Assembly: GCA_039192515.1 (NCBI GenBank)
Contig: JBCCXA010000009.1
Coordinates: 925 to 64,924 of the forward strand
DNA: 64,000 bases
Source of the DNA: Verrucomicrobiota bacterium
GTDB taxonomy: Bacteria > Verrucomicrobiota > Verrucomicrobiia > Methylacidiphilales > JBCCWR01
Direction of reading: 5' to 3'
A program made the position numbers and the translations under genes. This document shows positions 46,585-58,100 of this stretch, piece after piece (the stretch's first letter is position 1; each line of letters opens with the position of its first letter). The notes under the pieces are model-generated. The model searched no databases. It was not told where the DNA came from and saw nothing but the letters and a program-made list of their open reading frames with translations.

Positions 46585-48738
46585 TTACAACTTGAGTCTG
46601 TCTTGAAGAACTTGCCTGATCAATCTCCAGCCTTGTTTGAGTAATGGTTCGTAACCAATATGAAAGCGAATTTGTCCTCTACGGTGTTGGACAAAATAAA
46701 CATTTTCTTGATTCTCAAGCTCTGCATAAATCATAAAGAAAGGCTCTTTGCTTGTAACCCCCTGAGGATCTTCTTGTGAAACTTCGATTTCACCACCACC
46801 ACCCCAACCTAGAGCGGGTGAAGGCAATGCTTTCTGCTCTCCGGGAATTCGAATCATATTGAGCACTTCAATTTCTTTACCAGCTTGACCTATCAGTCGG
46901 ACTGAAGCACCGCGTATCGATTGAAAGAAAACATCCGCAGCTTGTGGTTGCTCTACGATAGCAACAAAGCGATAGCTAGTAGGTTTGAGGAAGACTCCGA
47001 TTGGGGTGCCCTTGTGAAACCAGGCGCCGATTTGCTGGTCTAATTCAGGGGCGGCCCAAACTCCGTCATAGGGAGCTGTTATATTGAGGCGTTCTTTTTC
47101 CTCCAGATAGAATTTTAGATTTTTCCGTGCGCTTTCCAGTTTAAGCTGGACGGGTTTGATGCGAACATTTTCTTTAAAGGCTAGATTTTGCAAGGTAGCC
47201 CTAGATGCGCGTATCTCGGCCTGAGCTTGTTCAATTTTCCAGTCTAGTGCTAAGTCGCTAAACACCATGAGCTTATCACCTGCCTCTACTTTGGTGCCTG
47301 GACGCGTATAAACTTGCTCTAAGCGACCAGAGGTAGGCGCAAATAGCCGAAGGAATTTATCAGCTTCTACCACCCCGTGTGCTCTGGCATGCAGTGGAAA
47401 GGGTATAATGGCCAATAGGGTGATCGTGCCTACGAGAATTGAAAAAACGATGGTCAGGGCTCGGTTTCTAGTAGCGTCTAAGCCCGGGTCTGTAAACAGA
47501 TAGTAAAAAAATTTGTACAAAGGCATAGCTAACCAAATAAATGAAGTGATAGCTGCTAAGACAATACCTAGCCCAAAGAATTGGTCAGCCACGATGAGAG
47601 CAATACTCGTTAATAGAAAAATACGATAAAGGCCTGCACTTATTCCATAGATAGCCAACCAAATGCTTTCCGAGTTAGATTGTGCAGCAGGGAGCATGTG
47701 ACGGCATTTAAAGATAAATTTTTCCAAAAGGTATTTCAATTGCTGGTTGGAGCGTTGAGACATATTAGGGATTTCGATAAGGTCTGAGAGAATGTAATAG
47801 CCATCAAAACGCAAAAGAGGATTTATGTTAAATAAAAAGGTAGTGATGGATGCGATGACCATCAAATTATAGGCCATGGCATTCATAGTGGTATCCGAGG
47901 TATTGGCCCAAATGATGACAGCAATAGCTGCGAGGAAGAATTCAAAGATCATTCCGGCGGCTGCGACGTAAATGCGATTCCATTTACTGCGAAAGCCCCA
48001 ACTTGTTGTAGCGTCGACATAGGGAATGGGTGTGAAGATTAGTAACATGACACCTAACGTGCGCACTTCTCCTCCTAAGACCCGGCATATCAAACCATGA
48101 CCGAGTTCATGCCAAAACTTTGCAATCACACCACAGAGATAGAGCAGGAAAAGGTTTCCAGGAGATAGAAGGCCCTCTGTTTGATCAAGCGCAGCGTCCC
48201 AGTTTTCAAAGAGTTCTTTAGCTCCTAGAAAAATAACAATGGACCAAAGGATCATTCCCCAACGATTTAAGAGAGGCCTGAAAAAGGGAAGCAGTGCATT
48301 AATAAATGGAGTAGGGTCACAAAGAGAAATTTTAATAAAGAGGAAATTAAGAAATTTGCTTCGTAACTCCTTATGTTCTGCTTTACGGCGTCTTTCTGAC
48401 ATAGCTGAGACATCAGGAGGAAAGTCGGAGTGAATGAGGTTACCCTGTGTCAATTGGGCAAGAAGTCGGACGACTTCTTGCTGTCCGGGCGTTTCATCAG
48501 GATAAATTTCTAAACATTCATTCCAGACTTCTTCGATTGTTCGTTCGATTCGTAGTCTAGCTACAAAATGGTAGCCAGCAGGAGAAAGACGGAAGAATTT
48601 ATTGCTAAATGGTTCGCTTAAAACATACCAAGGCACTCCTCTATAGCTTTGACGTTCAACTCGAACACTGGGATGTAGCTGCGCACTACGACTAGCAATA
48701 CGGTGCCAAGACTCACTGAATAATGAACTCCGATTCAT
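46585..48738 (-). CDS. M50 (site-2 protease) membrane protein fused to an HlyD-like adaptor; PqqD/RRE-like N-terminus
   Basis: HELGH and NINPLLRFDGYY motifs, several TMs, and a C-terminal barrel-sandwich (APTSGRLEQV...ITAPYDGVW). Confidence 0.85.
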   Translation of the reverse strand: MNRSSLFSESWHRIASRSAQLHPSVRVERQSYRGVPWYVLSEPFSNKFFRLSPAGYHFVARLRIERTIEEVWNECLEIYPDETPGQQEVVRLLAQLTQGNLIHSDFPPDVSAMSERRRKAEHKELRSKFLNFLFIKISLCDPTPFINALLPFFRPLLNRWGMILWSIVIFLGAKELFENWDAALDQTEGLLSPGNLFLLYLCGVIAKFWHELGHGLICRVLGGEVRTLGVMLLIFTPIPYVDATTSWGFRSKWNRIYVAAAGMIFEFFLAAIAVIIWANTSDTTMNAMAYNLMVIASITTFLFNINPLLRFDGYYILSDLIEIPNMSQRSNQQLKYLLEKFIFKCRHMLPAAQSNSESIWLAIYGISAGLYRIFLLTSIALIVADQFFGLGIVLAAITSFIWLAMPLYKFFYYLFTDPGLDATRNRALTIVFSILVGTITLLAIIPFPLHARAHGVVEADKFLRLFAPTSGRLEQVYTRPGTKVEAGDKLMVFSDLALDWKIEQAQAEIRASRATLQNLAFKENVRIKPVQLKLESARKNLKFYLEEKERLNITAPYDGVWAAPELDQQIGAWFHKGTPIGVFLKPTSYRFVAIVEQPQAADVFFQSIRGASVRLIGQAGKEIEVLNMIRIPGEQKALPSPALGWGGGGEIEVSQEDPQGVTSKEPFFMIYAELENQENVYFVQHRRGQIRFHIGYEPLLKQGWRLIRQVLQDRLKL

Positions 48739-48754
48739 ATTTTCTGATTGTATC

Positions 48755-50176
48755 CTAAAGCCACAATTTTAATCTTAAGAAATCAATAAGGCGATGGGTC
48801 ATCATGTAAAGGGGAGGCTTGGTGCCAGCATTGATTTTGACAATACCTGTCATGCCTGGGCGCCACCATTCATCCGGTGGACATTCGATGCTGCAGCGAA
48901 CATAAAAGACATTTTTTTTGTCGCGAGCAACTGCACTGGGCTCGATGAGTCTCACGGTGATGGGGTACTTGATTTCCGGGCGGCTCTTAAAAGCAATAGC
49001 TCCATCAGCTTTGACTAGGACTTCTTGAATATCCTCCTCTGGGATCATTGCTTGAGTATAAAGGTCTTCTAAACGGGCGATTTTCATAAGGACATCACCC
49101 TTTTCAACTGGAGCACCAATTTGTTCAGTAAGAGCTCCTTCGACGATGACACCGTCAAATGGGCTCACGATTTTTGAACGGCTTAATTTATAGCGGGTTT
49201 GTTTGAGTTCTGATTCAGACTGAGCTGCTTTAGCTGTGGCTATATGCATGTCACCAAGACTACTTTGACCAAGTGCGACTTGGGCTTCGCTTCGGTAGCG
49301 TTGCATAGTAGCCATGACTTCACTTTCTTGGAGTTTAAGTTCGCGAGTATCTAGGGCAATGAGTGGTTCCTCCTTTTTTACTTCCTTACCGGGAATGACA
49401 TGGACTTCTTTGATGTAGCCTTGGAAAGGAGCGGGTAGGTTGATGAGGGCATCCGTTTTTAAAATAAACTCTCCACTGACTTTGTAAGGCCATGGGTATA
49501 GGCATAAAAAAAGAAGCACGATTGTAACGAGTAGGCCCCCAAATTTCCACCATGTGTGTTCTGGTCCAAGAACGGTAGCCAACCAGCTGCGTGTTTTGTT
49601 CTCTCCGAGAAACCACCAACCTCTAGCGTATTTATGAAGTTCTTCGAGCCTTGGTGTAACTAGGTCACAAATTAACCGAAGTGCTTCTACTTCTGTTTCT
49701 TTAAACTGCGCGTTTTCTCTTTGCAAAGTGAGTGTACCAATGACTTGGGAATTTATTCTCAACGGCATTGACAGCATATTTGTTGCACCAAATTTTTGAT
49801 GAAAGTTTTGATGTTCTCGAGTGATGGTGAGTTCGTTGTCTTTAGTGGGCCAAACAACATTTTCATCTTGATCGGATGCTTCCAGCATTACCCGTTCGAG
49901 TTCTTGTGCGATCTCAGTTCTTTTTTCGATTTTATTTGAGTGACTTGTTGCTTTAAGTCTCATTTCATCGTCTTGCAAGCGGCCAATAGAAACACGTGTA
50001 CAACGAAAGTGAAAAACCAATTCATTGCAAAGAGAGAGTGCTGCGTGATCGTACCGACTACTTTGGTTGAGTAACGAGATCAGGTCCAGGGTGATCCATA
50101 GAGGTCCTTCTGGCATTTGATTATGCGTCTTAGAGGGCAATGAGGATGTTGTTTCAGACTCTATACTTTCTGACAT
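48755..50176 (-). CDS. GAF-domain / HlyD-family periplasmic adaptor fusion
   Basis: N-terminal GAF-like region (LSMPLRINSQVIGTLTLQR), one TM, then LPAPFQGYIKEVHV..G..V and IVSPFDGVIVEG. Confidence 0.85.
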   Translation of the reverse strand: MSESIESETTSSLPSKTHNQMPEGPLWITLDLISLLNQSSRYDHAALSLCNELVFHFRCTRVSIGRLQDDEMRLKATSHSNKIEKRTEIAQELERVMLEASDQDENVVWPTKDNELTITREHQNFHQKFGATNMLSMPLRINSQVIGTLTLQRENAQFKETEVEALRLICDLVTPRLEELHKYARGWWFLGENKTRSWLATVLGPEHTWWKFGGLLVTIVLLFLCLYPWPYKVSGEFILKTDALINLPAPFQGYIKEVHVIPGKEVKKEEPLIALDTRELKLQESEVMATMQRYRSEAQVALGQSSLGDMHIATAKAAQSESELKQTRYKLSRSKIVSPFDGVIVEGALTEQIGAPVEKGDVLMKIARLEDLYTQAMIPEEDIQEVLVKADGAIAFKSRPEIKYPITVRLIEPSAVARDKKNVFYVRCSIECPPDEWWRPGMTGIVKINAGTKPPLYMMTHRLIDFLRLKLWL

Positions 50177-50283
50177 CTAAGTAGAGACTATCTCAAGGTG
50201 TGGGTGTAGTCCTAGTAAATTTTGTTTTGGGAAAACAAGAAAAGAGAGTTAAGGTTTTAAGATAAGTCTTAGATAAGAAAAAG

Positions 50284-51039
50284 ATGTTCATGCGATGGAA
50301 TTTGATATGGTTGATCAGCTTCTTTGGGGTAGTGGAGACACAAGCGCAGAAGTCAGATTTTAAAAATAGCTTAGGTATGTTGTTTGTGACAGTTCCGAAC
50401 ACAGAAGTTTATTTCTCTGTCTATGAAACAAGCGTAAAAGATTATCAGGTTTTTGTAAAAGAAACGAAGCGCACAGTTAAAAAGCCTTCTTTTAAGCAGA
50501 ATGGGAATCATGCAGCAGTCAATGTCAGCTGGGAGGATGCGAAAGCTTTCTGTTACTGGCTAACGGCAAAGGAGAGAAAAGAGAAAATTATCTCAGCTAA
50601 ACAGTATTATCGATTACCCAACGATAAGGAATGGAGCTTAGCTTCTGGGATTAAGGGTGCAGCAGATGAATTCTCTTTCGAAGATAATTTAGATTTTGAA
50701 TATCCTTGGGGAAAAGAATGGCCACCGCCCCCAGATGCTGGAAATTACAGCCCTGATTTGTTTGTAGATAACTACTCCCATACCTCTCCGGTAGGCAGTT
50801 TTAAGCCTAACAAACTTGGTATTTATGATCTTGGAGGCAATGTTTGGGAGTGGTGTGAAGATATTTTTAATCAATCTCCAGATTATCGAATTCTTCGAGG
50901 GGCCTCCTGGCGTATGCGTTTGCCAAATGACCTTCTCTTGACCAATAAAATCGGTAACCGTCCGGACCTTAGGCTTTCCGTGTATGGCTTCCGAATTGTT
51001 TTGACGAAAGATAAAAAAGAAGAAGACGCACTTCAGTAG
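50284..51039 (+). CDS. Exported FGE-sulfatase (SUMF1/EgtB/PvdO) domain protein
   Basis: VNVSWEDAKAFCYWL, YRLPNDKEW, YPWG, PVGSFKPNKLGIYDLGGNVWEW, GFRIVL. Confidence 0.88.
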   Translation: MFMRWNLIWLISFFGVVETQAQKSDFKNSLGMLFVTVPNTEVYFSVYETSVKDYQVFVKETKRTVKKPSFKQNGNHAAVNVSWEDAKAFCYWLTAKERKEKIISAKQYYRLPNDKEWSLASGIKGAADEFSFEDNLDFEYPWGKEWPPPPDAGNYSPDLFVDNYSHTSPVGSFKPNKLGIYDLGGNVWEWCEDIFNQSPDYRILRGASWRMRLPNDLLLTNKIGNRPDLRLSVYGFRIVLTKDKKEEDALQ

Positions 51040-51043
51040 GTTG

Positions 51044-51838
51044 CTAACTGGCAGCACCCACTTTTTTAGCATATCCTTGAACACTTGCTAGCAGCGTAGC
51101 AAGAAAGCCTGCAATGGTAACTAAGGAGCCAATCATTTCGCCTTTGTTCAATTCTAATTGATCACCTTCTTTAAATTGGCGAGTGTGGTCGGACATTTTG
51201 CGAGTTAGGCCGAGGATGGGCTCTCCGGAATCTGATTTAGCAGGCGTTTGCGACAAAGTAATCGTTCTAATTTTAAAGATATATTTGCCATCTTGGCAGA
51301 TCTCTTTTGTTGCTTTTCCTTCAAACATAATCATGCCTCTAGAAAAATCCATTAGGCTAAGAATTTGTTCTTGGAGCTCAGAAGATGCTGAGTATTTATC
51401 TTTCAAAAACTTGAATTTATCTGGGACTGGAAGATTCATAAACTCTTGACGGTCTTTGCCAGTGATTTTTTGGATTTCAGTGGCGTCGTTTTTGCCAGCA
51501 GATTTGTAATCACATAGGGCTAGCACAGTTCTGCAATCCTCTAATAGTGGCACAATGGTCGACAAAGCCTCTGTGATAAGATTTCGAGTAAGCCAATCTT
51601 GAGAAGCATTTTTTGCTGCCTCAAAGGAGCGTCTTTCTTTTTGTTGGGGTTGAACAGGAAATTGATTGGTAACACTATCGTAATCCTCTTCACTAACTTT
51701 GCGATATCCCGCGAGGTTCACCATCGCGATATCGAAAAGACGTTGATAAACATTTAGGTAACGATCTGCGATCTCGTTTAAACTAATCTTTTGTCCTGTA
51801 GGAGCTTCTTTTGTTTGGTTAGGCATGTTTGACATCAT
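51044..51838 (-). CDS. Hypothetical protein
   Basis: 264-aa ORF with normal composition and no recognised motif. Confidence 0.7.
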   Translation of the reverse strand: MMSNMPNQTKEAPTGQKISLNEIADRYLNVYQRLFDIAMVNLAGYRKVSEEDYDSVTNQFPVQPQQKERRSFEAAKNASQDWLTRNLITEALSTIVPLLEDCRTVLALCDYKSAGKNDATEIQKITGKDRQEFMNLPVPDKFKFLKDKYSASSELQEQILSLMDFSRGMIMFEGKATKEICQDGKYIFKIRTITLSQTPAKSDSGEPILGLTRKMSDHTRQFKEGDQLELNKGEMIGSLVTIAGFLATLLASVQGYAKKVGAAS

Positions 51839-52139
51839 TATCTAAAACCGCAGAAGGTCAATAGTTTGTTCAGTAAGCATGCGATTATTGTATTTTTCAT
51901 AAATTAATATAATTACAATAATGAAATAGAATTTATACATAAACTTTAGCATAGTTCGATGATGATTGGAGAGTTGAAATTAATCCAGTTTTATCTGATT
52001 AATACTTGATTATAACAGTGCTGTCTTCAGAATCAAACAAGTCTTTGGTTGCGAAAGACTGTTAATGTTGGGAGGGTTTAGATGGCAGGAATATTACCTG
52101 TCATCGTATCCCTATTTATACCAAAAAGAGGTAATAAAT

Positions 52140-55100
52140 ATGGCTAAGACAAAAACTAAAAATCGGAATCGCTGGAAACAACCCCGAAAGCACAAGAAAA
52201 TCCCAAGGCATCTGCAATATGATTTGCAAACATTAGAGCCGAGGCTTTTATTTTCTGCCGCCTTGTATGATCCTGGAGATGGCGGCGGTTCTGGGGATAG
52301 TGATGTCGCAACGAATATAGAAACGCAGTTAACGGATACTTTTACTTTTCTCGGCAAGTATGCAGACGAGATAGGAACCGAAGAGGCAGCAGATTCCTCA
52401 GCAGTTCCTTTTTTCCAATCAAGCGTTGAGGATTTATTAGGTTTTGAGATTGAAGACTTTTTAAAGGGTGGGTCAGGTAGTGATGCATATAGCCAAGTAG
52501 TTGATGACTACTTTGACAATGCGAGTCCGGATTCCACAGGCCTTGCTGCTGACCTACAGAGCGCAGTGCAGAACACCTTTGGAGTTGGATCTGTTACGGA
52601 TACAGGCTCGGACAATGATAATCTGATATTAAATTTCTCTATCGATCTGAATGAAGTTACAAAGGACCTAAAATTTGGCACCGAAGCTCAGGAGTTTTTC
52701 TTAGAATATGGAGCAGGTGCCCAAGTAAAGTTTAATGCGGATGCCATAACGTTCTCTATTAAAGCTGATTTAAGTGGAGTGGATAATGTGGCAACAGATG
52801 AAACAGATAACTCCTCTAACGATAGCCTTTATTCAGTCGAGTTTGGTGGCAGTGATAAAGACACGTTATCTATAATGGGTTCTTCGAGTCATACCAATAG
52901 TCTAGATCCCTTAACCGGATTTGGAGTTGGTTTTGGACTCATTGATGCTCGGGATGATGTAATGGACTCGGGTGGTTATGTTGCTAACACAGGCGGGACT
53001 TTCTCTTTTAATCTTCAACTTGATTTTATCTTGGAGAGTTCTTTGTCTGCTGATAGTAAGCTCAGTCTGGATGAGCTCAGAGCAATTGATACTGCTTCAT
53101 CATATGAAAGCATCTACAGAGTGGATACTCCAACCGGTGCGGGTGTTAATGAAGGTGAACTCTTTTTACCAATCCAAGTAGCTAACCCAGCAGGGGATGA
53201 GTTTATTAGCGGTATTGATGGTATCACCGGAGACTTTACCTTTACCGATAACGATCTTTTTGATAGCCGTTCACCCTTGGTTCAAGCAAGTGATCAGACA
53301 TTAGCTTCTTTTTCGAGGATGACTGCTGATGATCTTTTACAGTTTGTTAAAAACGCTACCTATCTCTTTGGTCAGAGTTCAGATCTAACAGAGATGCAAA
53401 ATTTTCTTCCATTACTTGATCTTAACCTGGGCCAAGCGTATGATTTCCTGGAGGCTTCAGAAAAAGCATTAGTTGATCCTTTAGTCATCATTGAGAATGT
53501 ATTACGCATCAAAGATGCGCCATCAACAAGTGGTGATCCACTTGATTACACGGGTAATAGTAGCTTTCAAATTTATGTCTTTTACCAAGGTGTCTTAGAA
53601 GGTGGTGCCTTGCAAATCATTACTCTCAATGCGAATAGCTCCCGTGCTTCACTGCAAGATGTTGCCGATGACTTAAATATTGCGCTCGCTGCCGCTGCCG
53701 CAGGGACCCAAAGAGTCTTCGCACGGGTAACCGAAACCGCTTCTCCTCGGCTAGAGTTGTATGGTGTAGATGCGGATACGACCTTCTTCATTAGTAGTGT
53801 GAATCCAAGTGGAGAAACATTAGATCTTGGTATTGATCCTTATGGACTGGTCTTTGCTCGAAACAATGGAACGATCTCGAGCAATCAAAATGAGAAATAT
53901 CAGCTACAAGAAGTTAAGGTAGAGTCTTCCACCGCCATAGAGGTAAGTCATTTTACAACACTAAAGACTTTTACTGTAGCAATTGGCTCTGACAGCGCGA
54001 CCACCATTACTTTGCCTCCAAGTGTTTATGGCTCTATGGCAGATTTTGTATTTGCCTTACAATCGGCTTTAGCGGAGGCTGGCGTCTACGATGCGAGCAC
54101 GGGCGAGGGAATTGAGGTGGATGAAGCTACTTCCGGGGATAGTCAGGGCTTCGGGGTAACTTTTTCTATTAGTGGTTCTCGTTCAGGGGAAACACTAACG
54201 CTTGGGGGTAGTGATGTGGGGATTTTCCAGTTAAGTGCGACAAGTGGAGCGAGCTCCTATACCTCGGCAACTCCTGTAGAACTCTCTCCTTTTGAGTCGG
54301 GGTTATCTCTGACTATTTCATTCAGCTCTCAGCAGGCTGGGCTATTGGCGACAACTACAGAGACTATTTCGATTCCCGCAGGAAAATATGCGTCCGTCGA
54401 TGATGTGATTTTTGCTATTCGCGAAGCTCTTCAAAGCAATGGTCTTTATGATGCTTTTACGAATACGGGGATATTGATTGAGAAGATTCCTGTGGGTGGT
54501 GGCGAAGGTATACGTTTTTATACCTCGGCAGAGGTTTATGAGCTAACCATTTCTACCTCTAGTAATAGCCTCATAGGATTATCCAGTACGAGTGAAAGCG
54601 CTACGGCGGCTTACATTGATATTGATGTGAAGCAAGATGGCAATGCATCCGCAACGACTACTCGAGTTTACATCAATGGCAACACAACGACAGATCTTTT
54701 AGGAAATTCCACCAACACCTCTGTTTCAGACTTTGTTAGTGATGTGCAAAGTGCTTTGACTCGAGCAGGTTTAAGGGACTCTCTTTCTGGAACTGGAGTG
54801 GATATTCGCTCCTTTGACCAGAATGGGAGTTCAACTGATTATTTAGAATTCTTTGCATTAAATCCAGGTGCCGGTTCTGGCTTTATCCAAGAAATTTCGA
54901 CTGGAGCTTCTGCTTCATTTGGTATGGATGACTATAACTTAGATGGATTGGCTGCCCAAGTAATGGCTTTATCTGCCGAGGATCAAAAACCTCGGTTTAG
55001 TAATGTGCAAGAATTTGTCGCGCTCCTTAATCAATCTACGGGATTACCACAGGTCAGTGTGGACCTTAATGGCTCCGCTGATGGTGTGGAGATCAGCCGT

Positions 55101-58100
55101 TGGTCTGCAAATACGACCAGTGTTGAGGTTACAGGTGGAACCGGGAAAGGTTTTCTCAATTTAGATGCGGATTTAGTAGATAATGCTAACACAGAAATCA
55201 CTTCATCCAGTGCTGTAGATCTAAGTAACTTTACGGTCGATACGACCTTATTCGTTTCTGTAAATGGGGCTGCTGCAGTGACAGCTACCATTAAAGGAGA
55301 TACATATAATTCTATGGCTGATTTAGTGGACGCTATATCCATAGCGCTACGTGAAGCAGGGTTGGCAGATGGTCTTCTTTCCTCCCCTGCAGTCTATAAT
55401 GGCGGGGACATTGTCAATGGGGTCTCTCCTTATTTCACCTTTCCCATCCACCTCTACGTAGACGAATACTTTGGGGATGAAGGGTTGGCAGATCTCACTG
55501 ATGTCGATATGCGATTTGAGTCCAGCTATGGAGAAACAGCGACGGGGCAGATAAGTAATCTATCAGCCGAAAAACAAGTCACGGTATCCCGCTCCTCAGA
55601 AATTAGTTTTGATTTGGGCCTCAATTTAATTCAGCCGAAAACAAGCAGTGAGGAGCTTGTCGTAGAACTACCCGTTATCATTCAAGACTGGGATGGGCAG
55701 CTTGATTCGTACGATGCTCTCTTTAAGGTGATACTTGACGATGGTGTGGTACACGACGTTCTCGTTTTAGCGAGTGATACGGCTCTTAACACAAGCACAG
55801 AAGACTTTGTTGCGAATATTAATGCCGCACTGAGTGCAGTTGATATCGGTGGTGGAGTTATGCTTAGCTCGCTGGTAGTAGCTTCTTTGGACATGGTCAA
55901 CGACTTTGAACGAGATGTGATTCGCTTCACAACCGTGGCGGGGTCAAGTCGTAGCTTAGCAGTCGAAGTTCCTGAATACATTTCAGAAGATACGACCTAT
56001 AATAATGATGCTGCCGTTAAGTTAGGTTTTACGACGAATGTTTCAACAGGTAATCTCGATGATTTTGATGTATTAGCGGGTGCTACGCAGATCGATGCTT
56101 CAGGAGTTCTTCCCAACAATCCGGATTATGATGTCTACTACCGCGTTAAGCTAGAGGACTCAGTTACGGGGGCAACAGATGCTTTTGTCTTTTCAACTAA
56201 GGCTACTGACACTTCGGGTAATACGAACCTAGCCCAGTTGATTGTTGACATAAACAATGCCCACAGCTCTGTAGATTTTGAGGCATTTGATAATGGAGGA
56301 AACTTAGGGTTCCAAATTCTTGGAGTAAATTACGATATTATTAGAGTTGATGTGGCTAAAAATCAATACTTGGCTACGGAAACAGACCCCATCATTGCCG
56401 ACAACCCCGTTGATGTAAGCGATTTTGTTCTAGCTACGGATGCATTTTTTGAGTTTATCCTACCTGATGGAACCAGTCAGATACTGACCATTGAAGTCGA
56501 GGACACAACAGATAACGCCAGTTTAGATGACTTGGTCAATGACCTCAATCAGGCGATCCAAGCAACTTCCGCCCTCATGGACAATGGGGTTTATCAAAAG
56601 ATTATCGCCTTCATTGAAGGCGTTGGGGGTAATAATCATTTAGCTTTCCGTTTAGATACGACAAATGTCTATCCCTCTGGTGGTGATTGGCGTATGACGG
56701 TCATTGCTCAATACAACGAGTCTGTTACGAATGCTGCAAGCTTTGAGCTGGCAATGGCGGAAGAGACTTATCGTGACACAAGGTATGCATTGATCGGACC
56801 TATTATTGGAAGCTTAGCTGATGCAGACAGTATTTTGGTTAATGATTTTCTATTGGATATTTCAATTAATGGCTCAGATTATGAAACAGTTACGGTTTTG
56901 GCCTCTGACACCTCGGCAAATACCAGCATTGGAGATCTCATTGCAGACATCAATACTTCCCTGGCTAATACTTCAATTACCGTGGCGGGCAATAGCTACA
57001 CGGTTAGCCAATTCATTGATGCTATTGCTTTGAGTGGAGGAGATGTAGTCCAGCTTGCAGTTAGGGATGATGCACCTGTGCCTTTGCTTAATGTTCGTTT
57101 TGATCCAACTACTGATTCTAACAATGGCTATATAGATTTAGGCTTTTCTTCAGAAGAGTCACAGATAGGTATCCGCGGTTCTGATGCCACTCTCGATAAT
57201 ATTTTCTTAACTGGCCGAGCGGAAGTTAGAGATGCAGACGTAAGTGGAAAAGGTTCCCTAGGTTTTGCAGATTTCAGCTTTGATCATACCGATTTTGATG
57301 CCATTACCGAAACAACTCTAGGACTCACTGGCAATATGACAAGTATGCTGGATTTAATGAGATACCTAGGGTCTTATGAAGCTGAGTATAGCGCAGTAGA
57401 GATAGATCATAGCCTAACCATTGAAGACGATACTTTTGCAAGAGTAGAGTTTCAGGATCTGGCTTTCTTGGAAGATAGTGTTACGGAAAATACTCTAACT
57501 GGCCTAACCTTTGATCCAACAAGCACGATAGTGCTTGCCTATCAACCTAATGGGAATGGGGCCTCTTCGAGCATAGGAGTAGGTGGCTCGGATTTATTCA
57601 AACTTCCTGAAGCTGACCTTTCTTTTAATAACACAAATGACATCGAGTTAATCAGTCGGCTGACTTTTGATGACATTGCGCTTTCTCTCTGGCATGTAGG
57701 GGATTTCATCAGTGACTGGATGAATAATGATCCTAATGGGCCATTTGCAGCTAATCTCTTTTTTGCCAAGACGGGAATCGTTGATGTTCAAGATTTTGGG
57801 GAAGAATTCAGCGCCATCATGGCGCAACTATGGGCTAATCCTCCTGAAAATTTACAGGAGGTACAGCGCGCTCTAGAGTCTGGACTAAACTTAGATGCGG
57901 GGGATGTGACGGTTGAACTGGTGACATCTGGAAGCGGTTCCACTTTCAATGCGAGTTTACGTGTGGCATTCGACTTCATCACGACCTTTGCCTCAACGCT
58001 TCCCCTTTACATTGATCTGGCAATGTTATCGGATCGCAGCTCTAACTCTGGCTTAGTCAAGCAGAGTTTACTAGGTCTCTCTTCATTATCGAGTAGTTTG

